Part shown: positions 12,003 to 25,433 of the stretch, one piece after another | Numbering within the stretch: the first letter of the stretch is position 1 | Layout: every line of letters begins with the position of its first letter | Notes under the pieces: model-generated | The model's database searches: none | Told to the model about the DNA's origin: nothing | Seen by the model: the letters and a program-made list of their open reading frames with translations, nothing else | NCBI GenBank assembly: GCA_964016885.1 | Contig: OZ024740.1 | Coordinates: forward strand, 413,230,001-413,294,000 | Length of the DNA stretch: 64,000 bases | Direction: 5' to 3' | Source of the DNA: Eledone cirrhosa | Taxonomy: Eukaryota | Made by a program: the position numbers and the translations under genes

Positions 12003-12267
12003 TGTAGTGGCTGAGATGGTCGCTTGGAAACTAGCAGTTGCCTCCCCTTAACAACCCTTCAGGGAGCGGAGGCAAAAATACACCCGGACACAGCCACAGG
12101 TTCACTCACTCTTTTTGGACCACGGACATGAACAGACGTGGAAAGATCCGCTCCTCAAAATATTGACGTTGTAGGAAATTTACTAAATTATTGCATTAAA
12201 TAAAATGATTGTTAGACTTGATTGTGCATTTATTTATTCGACAAAGAGAAACATCCCTTTTCTTTAT
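12003..12267 (+). repeat. Putative 5' LTR of the gypsy element
   Basis: Starts TG, contains AATAAA (~12199) and ends just before the PBS. No second LTR is available to confirm the boundaries. Confidence 0.55.
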
Positions 12268-12280
12268 TGGCGACCCTGAC
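12268..12280 (+). promoter_or_regulatory. Primer-binding site (TGGCGACC..., tRNA-Arg-like)
   Basis: The TGG-start motif is complementary to a tRNA 3' end ...GGUCGCCA and lies upstream of gag. Confidence 0.65.
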
Positions 12281-12833
12281 GATAAAGAATGAAAACGTAG
12301 CCTATTGGAGTCCGAAATTCTTTTTAACGGCAATGTGGAATGGCTTAACATTTGGAATGTCCGAATCACTTAGCGTAAGTCCATAAAATTCATTATATTC
12401 CATTTGTTGTAGCACGCATACAGACAAACACAAAAATACAACACACAAAAAAAAAAATAAAAAAATAAAAAATAAAGGATTTCTCTGGATATAGAATTTT
12501 GCTTCCAACATTCTGTGGAAATTACAAATGGAGATATTTCGTTTTCCCGCGTTCAGCTTGTCTTCTCCAATCCCAGCCATCTGATTGGCTGCATCGTGCC
12601 ACATGACGGCTTCATCACGGACACATTTTTAAATCAGCCATCTTGGATTTTCTTACCATTAATTTTCATAGAAAATGATTTTTTTTATTATTAAAATTTT
12701 CTTTAGAATATTTTTTTTTTAAAGAAAAAAAATTAGCAGTATTTCAAAACGGCTACCACCAATTACCAGCAATCAGCAGCAACACCTGGCTAACTATTGA
12801 CCAACACCAAAAAGTCATCAAATACGTGGCACC

Positions 12834-13619
12834 ATGAGTCAACATCATTTGCCGTCCTTCGCAGGCGACATCAAGTTGTGGTTTGCGCAGCTGGAATGTT
12901 TCTTCGAATTGACGAAGACAAAGGAACATCATAAGCTGAAGGTCCTGATCAATGGCCTACCTGTTTCCTTGGCATTCTCGGTGAAGGACGTTGTGGCGGA
13001 TTTAGACGCCGACGTTACCTACGGCTCATTAAAAAAAGAAATCCTTCGCAGAAATACCAAGTCGGTAGAGAGCCGTTTTCGGGAGTTGTTGGACGATGCT
13101 CAAATGGGTGACAGGAAGCCGAGCTCCTATTTGCGACATTTGCGGGAGTTGAGCGACTCCCAGGGGATTGACACCCCCTTCATAAAGCAACTTTTTTTCT
13201 CACGTCTACCACCAAGTGCGCAAAGGATATTGGCCAATAGTTTAGAGAAGGATTCATTAGAGAAACTTGCCGCGTCCGCGGATAAGATACTTGAGGTGGA
13301 CTCGAACAGCAATCAGCATAATCCTTATGTGGCTTCAGCGTGCGTCCCTCCACGCAGTTCTTCTGTGGCCGACGGCAAACTGTTGGAGTTGATTGAAGCT
13401 CTCACCAAAAAGGTAGAAGATTTGACGGTACATCACAGAGAGCCTTCTCAACGTTTGAGGTATCGTTCGCCGCCGTCCTCTATTCATCGCCAGCACTACA
13501 ACGCAGGCAACAATAATTCTTCGTTGTGTTGGTACCATGCTAACTTCGGCAGTAGGGCGGAACGTTGTCGCACGCCCTGTGATTACAAGAGATCGGGAAA
13601 CGCAAAGCAGAGCCACTAG
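12834..13619 (+). CDS. gag: Gag-like protein, 261 aa
   Basis: WFAQLE..F N-terminal motif, MGDRKPS..LR and CWYH..FG..A..C..PC knuckle typical of invertebrate gypsy Gag. Confidence 0.9.
   Translation: MSQHHLPSFAGDIKLWFAQLECFFELTKTKEHHKLKVLINGLPVSLAFSVKDVVADLDADVTYGSLKKEILRRNTKSVESRFRELLDDAQMGDRKPSSYLRHLRELSDSQGIDTPFIKQLFFSRLPPSAQRILANSLEKDSLEKLAASADKILEVDSNSNQHNPYVASACVPPRSSSVADGKLLELIEALTKKVEDLTVHHREPSQRLRYRSPPSSIHRQHYNAGNNNSSLCWYHANFGSRAERCRTPCDYKRSGNAKQSH
13595..13601 (+). promoter_or_regulatory. -1 programmed ribosomal frameshift slippery heptamer G GGA AAC
   Basis: X XXY YYZ in the gag frame. The -1 frame reads open into FLVDTGAS (protease) and is the same frame as ORF 13805..16321. Confidence 0.85.
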
Positions 13620-16229
13620 GAGCGGCTAGTGAACTCTGGGAAAACCGACCGAACCGCCATCTTTTCGTATACGACCTGCGGTCAAAAAAATCTTTCCTTG
13701 TCGATACTGGCGCGTCGCTGAGTATTTGGCCAGTCAGTTATCTCAAAAGAAGCCCAGCCGAAGCAGATATAAATCTACGAGCAGTCAACCACACGGCCAT
13801 TCGAATGTATGGGCAAATTTCACTTCCTCTTCGGTTAAAAAATTTGCGGCGTGATTTGAAGTGGAAGTTTACTATCGCCGACTTGCCATACGCCATTTTG
13901 GGAGCGGATTTTCTCCACCATTTTTCCTTGTTGGTGGACATTCGCAGACAACGCCTTGTTGATGCTGAAACAGGCCTTTCTTTCGAGGGTTCAGAGCCGG
14001 ACGTCGCCACTGTCAGCCCTTCCTTTTTCTTGGCTGAATTGGGCAACCAGTATCAAAGCCTGCTACATTCATTGCCTCAGTTGACGCAGGGAAAGTTACG
14101 AATAACTAGCCCGGATCATGCGATTGAACACTTCATATCCACTACAGGTCCACCTGTTTTCTCACGTCCTCGAAGATTGTCTACAGAGAAGTTGAAAGCT
14201 GCACGTCTTGAATTCGACCACATGCTGGAATTGGGAATAATTCGGCGCTCCACAAGTCCTTGGGCATCGCCTCTACATATAGCACCTAGATCTTCTGGGG
14301 ATTGGAGACCGACGGGTGACTACCGACGCTTAAACGCGATTACTGTGCCTGACCGTTATCCCATCCCGCATTTGCAGGATTTTGCATCGTCATTGCAGGG
14401 TTGCAGAATCTTTTCTAAGCTTGATTTGATCTGCGCTTATAATCAAATTCCGGTTAACAAGGAGGATATCCCAAAGACTGCTATTGCGACTCCTTTCGGA
14501 TCATTCGAGTTCCTCACTATGCCTTTCGGCCTTAGAAATGCTGCAAGTACCTTCCAACGATTTATGTATGATATTACTCGGGGCCTGGATTTTGTGTACA
14601 CGTATATCGACGACGTGTTGATTGCTAGTTCTTCCCTTCAGCAGCATTCAAAGCATCTGGATCTCGTATTTCGTCGTTTACAGAGATATAATGTTCGAAT
14701 TAATGCTTCCAAGTGTGTTTTCGGCTCGACTTCACTAACATTTTTAGGCCATCTGATTGACGCCGATGGTATTCGACCTCTTCCTGAGAAGGTTAAGGCA
14801 GTATCGGATTTGCCTCCGCCAAGTTCACTGCGACAATTGCGTCAATTCCTGGGTCTTGTAAATTTTTATAGGCGATTCGTACCTGGTTGTTCCAAATTGC
14901 TGTTCTCGTTGACAGAGATTTTTAAGGGTTGCCGGCGTAAGAATATGGACATTTCCTTAAATAAAACGCAGCTTGATGATTTTAAAAAAGTGAAAAAGGC
15001 GTTAGCGAACGCGTCTTTGCTCGCCCACCCAGTACCCAACGCCGAGCTATCGCTCTGTGTTGATGCTTCGGATAGCGCCGTGGGCGCAGTCTTACAGCAG
15101 AAGTGTGATGGGGTACAGCAACCACTCGAGTTCTTTTCGAGGAAGTTAAAGCCTGCCGAAACTCGCTATAGCACCTTTGGAAGGGAGCTATTAGCAATTT
15201 ATTTATCAGTGAAACATTTTGCTCATGTACTTGAAGGTAGAACATTCACCATTTTCACTGATCATAAACCCTTGACGTTTGCTCTTCGAACTAAGGCAGA
15301 CAAATACTCGCCCAGAGAAACGAGACATCTGGACTTCATCTCACAGTTCACGAACGACATTCAACATATTCCGGGTTCTTTTAATACAGCGGCCGATGCG
15401 CTGTCTCGCCTGCCGATCGCATCGATTTCGTCTTCCGAGGAGATAGATTTACATCGAATGGCAACTGCCCAACCCACTCTCGAATCGTTGGATGTTACAT
15501 CGCCAGAGTTTGTACATTGCAAACTGAAATACATTCCGATCTCAACTGCTGACGGACAGATACTGTGTGATGTTTCGTTGGACTCACCACGACCTCTAGT
15601 CCCAGTGGAACATCGACGAACTGCGTTTCTCGCTTTAGATGGCATTTCTCACCCAGGAGTATCAGCCTCAGTAAAACTCATAACAGCCAGATTTTTCTGG
15701 CCTGGTATGAGACGTGACATTGCTGCTTGGTGTCGTTCCTGTGTCGCTTGCCAACAAGCGAAAGTTCATAGACATGTTAAGGCTCCTCTTGGAACCTTCA
15801 CCTGCCCCGATGCAAGATTTCGTCACATTCATGTGGACATCGTCGGCCCGTTGCCGGTTAGTCGTGCATTTTCGTATCTTCTGACGATTCTTGACCGTTG
15901 TTCGCGTTGGCCTGAAGCCGTCCCTATAACAGATATCACCGCCGAAACCACAGCTCGTACTTTCGTATCTTCGTGGATCGCTCGTTTCGGTGTACCAACC
16001 ACCATAACAACGGATCGTGGTCGTCAATTTGAGTCTAACCTCTTCCGAGAGCTAACCCAAATCCTGGGGGCTACTCGAATAAGAACCACGGCTTACCACC
16101 CAGCCTCAAACGGAATGGTGGAAAGATTCCACAGGCAGCTCAAAGCCTCCTTAAGGGCTTCCATGGACTCTTCACGTTGGAGCGAGTACCTACCCATTGT
16201 ATTGTTGGGTATTCGGTCGACGGTAAAGG
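13595..16229 (+). CDS. pol: Pol polyprotein (protease, RT, RNase H, integrase), C-terminally truncated
   Basis: LVDTGA; DYRRLN, MPFGL.NA, YIDD; DAS, RELLA, TDHKPL, ADALSR; integrase zinc-finger (first His apparently lost), [21 protein letters not shown]. The ORF tail after ~16230 is antisense Dong sequence. Confidence 0.92.
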
Positions 16230-16967
16230 TATCAAGTCGTTGCCTCTTTCTTTCCCCTCAAGCTGTCCAAACAGCATCTTCTGGTTGTTGTCGAACATGC
16301 GGTTCTATTTATACTGACTGACTCTGTTCTCGTATCGCCTGATTTTTGCACTCTTTGCTACAATGCGTTGCTTCAATTCCTCTATGATAATATTTAGCTT
16401 TTTACTCCTAGTTTTGTATTTTATTTCCAGTCTATTTTTAGTGCCTATGTTTTTTAGTGTCCCATTCAGTAGTGACTCAAGCTTTCCTATGTCATTTCTC
16501 ATTTCTCCGATTTGACCACTCAGTCGTTTCTTCCACCACGGCTCTGCTCTTTCTTGTCTGTTGTTTCCTCTCGCTTTTATACCAAGTAGTTTCCTCACCG
16601 TATTTGCTGTTGCTTTGAGGATATTGTTGCACTGGTGAAGGCTCCTCGCCTCAAGGTATGGGATGACTTTGTTTACCTTAGCTGTTGTTTCTTTTAACTT
16701 TTTCCTGTCTACAAATCTTAGGTTCATAGGTCTCCCACTATCATTGTTCAATTCATCTACCACTAAATTTAGGATGTCAACCGAATCTTGTCCTAGCCCG
16801 TCAGCATTCATCTCCTCAGTGGCCGTATCTCTGTTCCAGGTATTATTTATCTCAGTATTCAGATCATTGTCTGCTTCGGGTGGTTCCTCCGTTCTCAGGA
16901 CCTCTTCACCTTCATTTCCCACTGGCTCGCTTGTCTGGCATACTACACCCGCCATCTCCAAGCCATT
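16230..16967 (-). mobile_element. Internal fragment of Dong-like family A
   Basis: Matches 9339-10076. Its 5' break lies at a (TTA)n tract and its 3' side is fused to the gypsy integrase. Confidence 0.92.
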
Positions 16968-16968
16968 C

Positions 16969-17000
<32 letters not shown>

Positions 17001-17025
17001 GTTATTATTATTATTGTTATTGCTA

Positions 17026-18571
17026 TTCCTTGAATCTCAGTCATTGATGTTGGTTAACTGGAAAGTCCGTTGGATTGAATATCAAGCCACTACCTGCAGC
17101 CTCAGATATTCAGGACGTATCGGAGGGTTCTTGCTGTTCCAAGCAAGCATGCCTTTTGAAGCGTTCCAAAAAGCGTGAAGGGGCCGATTTTCTTTAACCA
17201 TCCCTGGAAACCTTTGGAGATAGTCCCCAGTGCGCCTATGACAATCGCGATCACTTTGACTTCATGGCAGTTCCAAATCCTTTTCACCTCCCACTTTAGG
17301 TCCTGGTATCGGTTAATTTTCTCCCTCTCCTTCTCTTGCACTCTCGTGTCGAACGGGCAGGCCACATCCACAATCAGGCACGATCTTTTTTCTTTGTCCA
17401 CAACCACCAGGTCAGGTCTATTGTGTTCCAGTTTTTTGTCCGTCTGTATCCTAAAATCCCACAGCACCTTCACCTGACTGTTCTCCATCACCGCCTCTGG
17501 CCTATGCTCATACCATTTCTCAGAATGTGGTAGATTGTTTACTTTGCACAGGTGCCAGTGGATCACCCTGCCCATCACATCGTGTCTCCAGCCCTTATAG
17601 TGGGTCTGGGCTAGGTGTTTACACTCGGACACAATGTGAGCCACAGTCTCCTCTCTCTCTCCACAGATCCTGCACAGTGGGCTAGCCTCCTCTTTGTAGA
17701 TATGGTGCTTCAACCACTTCGTTTTGAGGGCCTGCTCCTGCGCAGCCATTAGCATTCCTTCTGTAGCCTTTTTGAGGTCTCCTCTTCTCAACCAGTTCCA
17801 TGTCTGTGGATCTCTAAATTCAGTTTTCTCAAAGAAGGTACTATGAAGGGATTTTCCCTTAAGGCTGCTCTTCCTCCTTGATGTTATTTCCTCCTTGGAC
17901 ATCCCCTGGCCTACTGTCCCCTCCTTCAGTACAGTTTTGAGCATTGGCTCCTTACTATAGGTCACGTATTTGTATAGGTTGTTTTTCTCCATCTGAACAC
18001 AGTCCTCTATGCTGATAAGACCTCTTCCACCCTCAGATCTCCTTAGGTAGAGTCTATCGACATCACTCCTCTTGTGGAACATGTTGTAGATAGTCAATAG
18101 CTTCCTAGTCTTCCTATCCATTTCTTTTTGTTCAGCAACATTCAATCTCAGAATTCCCGCACTGTACACAAATAATAGACACAGCTCGGGAATTTACTGC
18201 GCTTATGGCATTTCTGCTGTTCAGATGTGACTTCAATACGCTCCTTACTCTCCGAATGTATTCACTTCTTAACAATTCCTTCATTTTTTTGTTCTTTATG
18301 CCATCAACCTCCAGAACGCCCAAATACTTGTGTCCTTCCTCAGAGTCAATTTCCTTTATCATTTCACCTGTTGGTATCTGGATCCCGTTACTTCTGCTCA
18401 ACCTACCCCTCCTCATCACAATGACTCCACATTTACCAATACCAAACTGCATACATATATCATTGCTGAAAATACGGACAGTGTCAACAAGCACATCCAA
18501 CTCCTTCTCACTTTTCCCGAAGAGCTTAAGATCGTCCATGAAGAGGAGGTGATTGAATGTAAGCTCTCCCC
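17026..18571 (-). mobile_element. 5'-truncated Dong-like family A copy (RT end to RLE)
   Basis: Matches ~6945-8487. +1 frameshift near 18165 (ORFs 18132..18539 and 17102..18169). Flanked by (TTA)n on both sides. Confidence 0.93.
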
Positions 18572-18657
<86 letters not shown>

Positions 18658-20175
18658 AGATGATCGTGGGGACTGAGTCAGTCCTCAGTGGGTCCTCGCA
18701 GATGCAATCCTCTCCAACTGATCCGGATGGATCCTCAAATGATACCAGCTAAACTCCTGGATCTTATACGACCATCTTGCGTGGAGTCTGCACCTAGGTC
18801 TGTTACAGGTTGTTTTTGCCCGTAAAATCTGTTCAGCGATTATTTCCTGAGATATTCTAATCACGTGTCGGTAGTATCGGGGCTGCGATTTCTCATTTCA
18901 GAGTAGTAGCGGCTCTACGTGGGGTGACACTCTGATCTCCGAACAACGCCTTCTATCGTGTAACGTTTCTTCAAAACCCTTGAGATTTGAAGCCCATTTC
19001 AGCCGTGGGTATTCGCCATCGTATAACATTTTACAAAACGTGATGTACACACGAAACGGAACATTCCATACTGGATGAAAAAGCCGATATGTGACATATT
19101 GGTTGCTACAAAAATAAGGCAAATTCGTCTAGATGAACTTGGAGATTTTACTAAACAACCGAAATATCCCTTGTATTTAATTGATCATGGATTAAAAATG
19201 GAAACGAAACTGGATATATCTAAACGTCAGACACTTAGCCAAAACTTTGAAGGTATTATTCCGCTTGTCTACATTCAGGATCCTGAAGTGCTCAAGCATT
19301 TTCAACCTTTAAAACAAACCTGGCAATCATTTTCTGCTCAACTTTCAGAAATAGATTTTGTGAGATATGCAGTAGCGACGACTTTATTTAAGTGAAAACT
19401 GATTTCGACTTAACATTTCCAAACGAATAATCTTTTAACATAACTTCAGAGGTGAATTACAACACACACTATCTTATGTATTTTTATAGACTGTCATGAT
19501 TGTAAAGGCAAGTAAATCGGTCAAACCAGCGATTCTTTGTCAGGACCATTCAGAGTACAGAACTACAGATATGAAAACTGGAATTAGGAAAGTACTACTG
19601 ACTATACATTTAGAATTTGAAGAAAACAGACCACGAAGTATATTTCCCTTTTTATAAAGGTTCGAAGGAGGATAAATTGTCCGGTGAAAAATGAAGAAAT
19701 ATTTCATAATGTTATGAAACTAAACCAGTTCTACATAAGGAAATGTGAAATTGCATAGAGTGAACTTCTGACTTGACTATACTTATTTTAATACAACTAA
19801 GCATATGTCTTGTGTCTTTCTGAGTCCATTTGAAAAAGGACAGTACGATATTCAATTATAGCGCTATTTTATTTCTTCTAACATAGATACAATTTTACAA
19901 TTTACGAACACTCTAACACAAACACACACATACACACACACACATACATACATACATACATACATACATACATACATACATACATACATACATACATACA
20001 TACATACATAGTACAGTGTATGTGTATAATTACGCATATGTGTATTCGTGCGTGTGTGTGTTTTACTTACGAATGGCAAACTTAATTCAGTTCATGCTTA
20101 TAAAATGTTCTCTCTACTTAGTCTTCTGAAATAAGTGTTCATTGTGCACCAGTGCACCTGCACTCTATCCAATGA

Positions 20176-20311
20176 TAATTGTTTCTACTTTTTGGCACAA
20201 GGCCAGCAATTACCCAGTGCATTACAGGTACTTTATTTTATCGACCCCGTAAGGATGAAAGGCAAAATCAACCTCAGCGGGATTTGAACTCAGATCGTTA
20301 AGGGACGTAAC
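20176..20311 (-). mobile_element. tRNA-derived SINE, 5'-truncated
   Basis: Reverse complement of 23190-23381 family. TSD ctatccaatgataat on both sides. Confidence 0.85.
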
Positions 20312-22478
20312 TATCCAATGATAATGGCATTCAGTATTATGTAGTCTTTGATGATAATCTTTGAATATAAGTTACAAAGTAGAATGATAGATTGGCGCCT
20401 TGTATTAAACAGTGAGTTAAACTGTTGCGCTTTTATGATACATTCTGATGTTTTTCTCGTCAAATAGTTTTCATTAATTATACTACAATATCAGCAACAT
20501 ATTCAACAATTGGCTATTACATATAAGAAGTTGTAATTTATTGTGATCTATCAAATTACTAAGCTTCAACTAGTGTATTTAAGTCAGACATTCAAAAACA
20601 AATATTTACGAATCTATAGTCACAGAATATGGTGAATAAAGCTGAGAAAATTGTTTTGACTGATATTTTTCACAGCCATGTGAACTGAGCTTTTGTTTTT
20701 CTTGTCTTGGTCATATACAGAAGCGGGGATTCTTCTGTTTGTAACCTCCTAAACGTACCGTATGGAGTCAACGATTGTCATTCTACACATATACTCGGCG
20801 TGAATTGCGTTTCTTTGACACTGTTCAATTTTCTGTTTCAAGTTTCTGTCGTTGATGACGAGGGCTTTTTTAATTTCAACTGAACTTACAGCAAAGCTAT
20901 GATTAAAAGCTGTATGTCCATTGCAACGAATTCTAAGAGACAAGGTGTGATTTGACTGTTGTTTCTTACATAACAGGTAATCAGATAGAGGCTCGCTGTG
21001 GTCAGATCTTTAGCCTCATGTCTGCAGTGAAGAAATAAACATACTACCAACGCGTTCCGTATAGGTTTATCCCACCATAGTTTAGAACAACATATCGGAG
21101 ACCATATTTTCGACGTAGATTTCCTTTTCTAAGTTCACTTTTCCGTTGAAGGAAACTGAGCTGCTTTTCTAGAATGTCGAATGTTCAGCTGGCTGCTCTC
21201 TCGTCAGGCAGCTATAATTCAAACTGTCATATGTGTCAGCGCATATAATTATTGTATACAGAAGCATGCATTGGTAATTGTTAAATGCCCCTTATTAATG
21301 AAGAGTGGTTAATACCACAACTGTATCATTTTAATAATATTCACTGATTTGGATTCTATTGATGCATTATTATTCAAGTGTTTCGGACCACATATTTATA
21401 TATCCTCAATAATTTCATATATATATATACATATCTCCAAAAATTATTAATTCACCGTTCATATTTCGAATATGGTATTTGTTAACTTACATGGAATATG
21501 CTCACTTTCTGTGACATAAAACCTTCTGGAGCGATATGATAATCTTAACATTTAAATAAACTGTGCATGTGCTTTACTGCAAGTGCTTGACTGATAAAGC
21601 ATAAAGAGTCATACGTAATACCAATTTCATTTGATTGCTTACCACTGAAGAAATAGTCATAGACATAGATGAATAATTTCAATTCATTCGTAACATCCAA
21701 TACAGATTTAATGGAAGAATTTATAAATGGAAAAAAGAACTTTTCATATATCTGAATAGGAGAATTTTGAAATGTTCTTTTCAGATGTGAAAATCAAAGA
21801 TAATTGTGTTTCAGAATATGTATCATGAAAACTGGTAATCCAATCTGGCATGAGATAGGTTTTCTTTAAATAGAAAAGCAATACAAAGAAACTAGTGAAA
21901 AACAAAAAATCAATATATATAGTACAGAGTAGTAATTTGGGGTCCAAAATTGTCTATGTCGGTATTGGATTGTTAGAATCTGGAGGGTGCTGGACAAATT
22001 ACATTGCAGAATTACGTGTCAACTCGTTATTTCTTCAGTTTAAATTACGCAGAAGTTTACTTTTACTTTCTTCTTTGCAGGATCGACATAACAAAATACT
22101 CTTCTGTGTACTGATGTCGAATCAAACGAGTATACCCAGCAATGATAAAGACGCCTGACTGATAACTTATTACTATATTTTAATCTTTCAAACCAATCAT
22201 TTGCAGCTTACAGCATAACCTTTCTATCCGACGAAATACGTACCAATTAAATATTTGAATCGAAATATAAAACAATACTCTTTATCTTGAATGAAGCTAT
22301 AAGCATAATACTGTTGATATTTCGTTACGTTCTTATATATTCTGAGTTCAAAATCCCGGCGAATCAAAAGATCAACGTTTTAATCTGAAACTTATAAATG
22401 TGCCTGACAAGTATTCTGTGGGACCTGAGCGTCTATGCTGTATCCTTTAAATATACGTTCTTCTGCCTACGTTGCAGC

Positions 22479-22531
22479 TACTACTCCAACATCTGCTGCT
22501 GCTACTGCTACTACTACTGCTGCTACTGATT

Positions 22532-22585
<54 letters not shown>

Positions 22586-22724
22586 ATACTACTACCACCA
22601 CCACCACTACTACTACCACTACTACTACTCCTACTACTACTGCTACTACTACTACTACTGCTACTACTACTACTAATACTGCTACTATTACCGCTACTAC
22701 TACTACTACTACTACTACTATCAT

Positions 22725-22768
<44 letters not shown>

Positions 22769-22949
22769 TTATTGCTACTACTACTACTACTACTACAACC
22801 ATTACCAATACTCTTTCTAATACATCACTTCTATTACAACTATTATAAATGTTAGTACTAACACTGCTACTTCTACAACTACTACTAGTAATACTACTAT
22901 TAGTAGAAGTAGAATCAGCAACAGCATCATCATCATCATCAGCAGCAGC

Positions 22950-22998
<49 letters not shown>

Positions 22999-23000
22999 AT
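22479..23000. repeat. Compound (CTA)n/(CTG)n/(TAG)n trinucleotide region
   Basis: Visible low-complexity repeats. The poly-T/L/V ORFs are artefacts. Confidence 0.95.
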
Positions 23001-23189
23001 TTGTAAATTTGATGTATGTTGTGCTAATGTTTACTATTTGTTAATTCCCCATTTCCTCCCTTCAACTAGTTACATCTTGCAAAATAAAAACATTACATTC
23101 AGATATTATATTTTTTGCTCTATATAAACAACGGATTTTCTTCACATAGATAATATTTAAATAAATATTTTGACATTATTTATTCCCAA

Positions 23190-23381
23190 GGGCGGTGGAT
23201 GGCAGTATCGGTAGAGGGTCGGACGTCATGCTTTGACGCATAGAGTTACGCCCCTTGCCATTCTGAGTTCAAATCCCGCCAAGGTTAACTTTGCCTTTCA
23301 TCCTTACGGGGTCGATAAAATAAAGTACCAGTAATGTACTGGGTAATTGCTGGCCTTGTGCCAATAGTAGAAACAATTATT
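23190..23381 (+). mobile_element. tRNA-derived SINE, full length
   Basis: A box TGGCAGTATCGG, B box GAGTTCAAATCC, central GCCTTTCATCCTT..GGGGTCGATAAAATAAAGTACCAG domain (resembles Meta/Nin-type SINE cores), ATT-type tail, TSD attatttattccca. Confidence 0.88.
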
Positions 23382-23989
23382 TATTCCCATAGTATCTGGA
23401 AAGAAAAATAGATAGGTAAGAAAATTGATTTGATGGAAGGGCAAACAAAATGATTAAACAAGAGGTAACCTTGTAATAACAATAATGTAAACTTTTATCT
23501 AATATCAATTAACGAAATAAAGGAAATCAATATATTAGAATATAATTTTTTGAATCTTCTGTGAATATATATCAGAAACAATAAAACAAATATATGTGTG
23601 TAACTATACACTGTTCGCTTACAAGTTTTAAAATATTATGTTCAAGGAGTCTTTCAATACATATGTATTTCTAATCAAATACATAGTGACGAATTTGATT
23701 TGATTGGAAATCACTTAGTAATGTTTGTACAGCTTGACAGAAAACGGCTAAACATCCGCTGCGCTAAGGCATCAACCATTCATTAAATAAAGCACATTGA
23801 AATTAAATTACAGAATGTGTGTTTGACCCGAATCGTTATTAGTGGATTACCAAGTAGTAAATAATGATATCTGGGTCAGCATGTTTGATTCTCAGTCCAA
23901 TGGTAAAATGATAAAATACTAAGAAATGAAATAAATAAAAGCTGAAGAATTTGAATGAGGTTGGTATTGAATAGTTAAGATATATATAT

Positions 23990-24063
<74 letters not shown>

Positions 24064-24093
24064 AGGTGTGTGTGTGTATGTGTGTGTGTGTGT

Positions 24094-24141
<48 letters not shown>

Positions 24142-24527
24142 AAGCATTCACGTCAGTGACAATTATTCAAATGAAAGAAATCAGTGCCTTACACCTTGCT
24201 AGAAACCTCAGTGAAATCTTCAAGTTACAATTCTGTCATCTCAACATAGATGAAATCTGTTCACTGACGCGATCAACAAAATCGTCATGCCTGCAGCAAC
24301 TCCAATCACATCTGAGATACGCTGAACTAATAATATTTCCTCTTTAAGTGTAGTACGGAAAGCACATGTAAATGATGTTTTGACTCTCAGTAAATTTAGT
24401 GTATATTAGTTTATATTCTTTACATCTTCAGCTATTTTACAATATGTTTTAATACGATTTTGACAATAGATTAATCGTGGATACTATCGATGCTGCCTGA
24501 TTCAGATTAATTAAGTGTATTCATTAC

Positions 24528-24697
24528 AATAATTGTTTCTACTTTTGGCACAAGGCCAGCAATTACTCAGTACATTACTGGTACTTTATTTTATCGACCC
24601 CGTAAGGCAAAGTTAACCTCGGCGGGATTTGAACTCAGATCATAAAGAGACGTAACTCTATGCTTCAAACCATGGTGTCCGACTCTCTACCGATACT
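24528..24697 (-). mobile_element. tRNA-derived SINE
   Basis: Same family. TSD tgtattcattacaataat. Confidence 0.85.
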
Positions 24698-24846
24698 GTA
24701 TTCATTACAATAATACTGATAAGAAATATCGAGACATGTGTAATTCCAACGTAAAAATATGAAGTATTTTCGAATATAATTGTTATAATTGTCAGTATGT
24801 TTTATATATTTGTGCCGCTTTTAGTATACCCCCCCCCCCCGCCCCG

Positions 24847-24940
<94 letters not shown>

Positions 24941-25361
24941 GGATGTCAAACTTTCAAACTGACTTTTTGTGGTTAGCACGCACATGTAACCAGTTTGGAT
25001 TTAGAACATGTGTACTGTTTTCTAGGATGTGTTCTCACTGTCTCTCGTCAATCGTGCTTTACAGAGCTGCCCTACATGAAGTGTACAATCTCTGGCCAAT
25101 GAATTATATATAGGAGACCTAGAAGAAGACCCCAAACAAGATGGTTGGATCACAAACAAGATCTTGGTTGGTCACGCCTGGGGATCCACCCGAATCAGTT
25201 GGGGACGATTGTTCTTGACATGACTCACCGGAGGGAGTGTTTGAAGATACCCCCCCCCCCCCCCCACACACTATCCTCTCAGAAATAAGTGGGCGGAGAA
25301 GAAGAAAAAGAAGAAGAAGAAGAAGAAGAAGAAGAAGAAGAAGAAGAAGAACAAGAATAGT

Positions 25362-25411
25362 TCTTATCTGAGGACTCTGTAAGAAACAGGCGAAACTCCA
25401 GGGTAGCAAGA
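25362..25411 (+). ncRNA. Degenerate type I hammerhead-like motif
   Basis: tcttat CTGAGGA ctctgt-aagaa-acaggc GAAA ctc-ca-ggg TA gcaaga. Stems are imperfect. Confidence 0.4.
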
Positions 25412-25433
25412 CTCACCTTTTAGTTTTAATATA

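Larger units (their letters stand above)
12003..16229 (+). mobile_element. Ty3/gypsy LTR retrotransposon, 3'-truncated inside integrase, no 3' LTR
   Basis: Putative LTR starting TGTAG, PBS TGGCGACC, gag, then PR-RT-RH-IN order. Fused at ~16230 to a Dong-like fragment. Confidence 0.93.

Noticed and set aside
32-18752. Repeated plus-strand ORFs (e.g. 32..379, 8121..8468, 18205..18552)
   Set aside because: Antisense shadows of the Dong-like ORF. They recur only because the element is repeated.
19075-20943. ORFs 19075..19395 (+) and 20749..20943 (-) as host exons
   Set aside because: No recognisable domain and no consistent splice-site pair.
22435-23127. Poly-Thr/Leu/Val ORFs
   Set aside because: Translations of trinucleotide microsatellites.
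23190-23285. tRNA gene
   Set aside because: A and B boxes are present but too widely spaced, there is no cloverleaf, and the sequence continues into a multicopy SINE body with TSDs.
23190-23381. SINE mobilised by the local Dong-like elements
   Set aside because: The 3' ends are not similar, and tail polarity is opposite (SINE sense ATT vs Dong sense TAA).
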